Shown here: piece by piece, positions 63,991 through 64,000 of the stretch
Layout of the letters: the number at the start of each line of letters is the position of its first letter
How positions within the stretch are numbered: position 1 is the first letter of the stretch
NCBI GenBank assembly: GCA_963749085.1
Contig: CAVVLG010000002.1
Span: forward strand, 83,178-147,177
Direction of reading: 5' to 3'
DNA: 64,000 nt
Source: Candidatus Adlerbacteria bacterium
Lineage (GTDB): Bacteria; Patescibacteriota; Minisyncoccia; Phycocordibacterales; SBAW01
Notes under the pieces: generated by a model
Told to the model about the DNA's origin: nothing
The model's input: the letters and a program-made list of their open reading frames with translations, nothing else
The model's database searches: none
Position numbers and translations under genes: made by a program

Positions 63991-64000
63991 CGCAAAGAGA

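Noticed and set aside
1-64000. Alternative genetic code (UGA recoding as in Gracilibacteria/Absconditabacteria)
   Set aside because: Conserved genes are full length under code 11 and several (leuS, murG, scpA) end at TGA.

Overview
64 kb of a compact bacterial chromosome (standard code, TGA used as stop). It looks like Patescibacteria/CPR, Parcubacteria-like; this is an inference from a short AlaRS, archaeal-type AspRS, DUF5671/DUF5663-like genes, a sigma70-r4/HARE-HTH protein, an FtsA-like plus baseplate-J-like pair and an orphan VirD4-like ATPase. Core content: leuS, alaS, trpS, aspS, gltX, mnmA, ychF, the infA-rpmJ-rpsM-rpsK-rpsD-rpoA-rplQ-rplM-rpsI operon, grpE-dnaK...dnaJ, scpAB, a D,D-carboxypeptidase-mraY-ftsW...murG cluster, ung, pepO and pepA. 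Accessory patches lie at 1-8 kb (frameshifted IS3 element, two-component system, recombinase-like remnant fused to ychF), 43.2-46.4 kb (tRNA-Gln-like 3' remnant, orphan MazF, serine hydrolase, truncated methyltransferase) and 60-64 kb. The best candidate for an undescribed system is the antitoxin-less MazF/PemK gene. Its 3' end faces a convergent sigma70 promoter predicted to make a small RNA with UUCG and GNRA hairpins, and a triple array of GGGA(A/C)-loop hairpins lies nearby. Other highlights: a pervasive leaderless-gene signature against SD-led solitary genes, a LeuRS with a degenerate editing motif, unannotated small ORFs (one extremely Lys-rich) and a membrane protein with 21-aa repeats conserved at the protein level. 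No rRNA, intact tRNA or CRISPR array was seen. All family calls are by eye from motifs; no database search was run.
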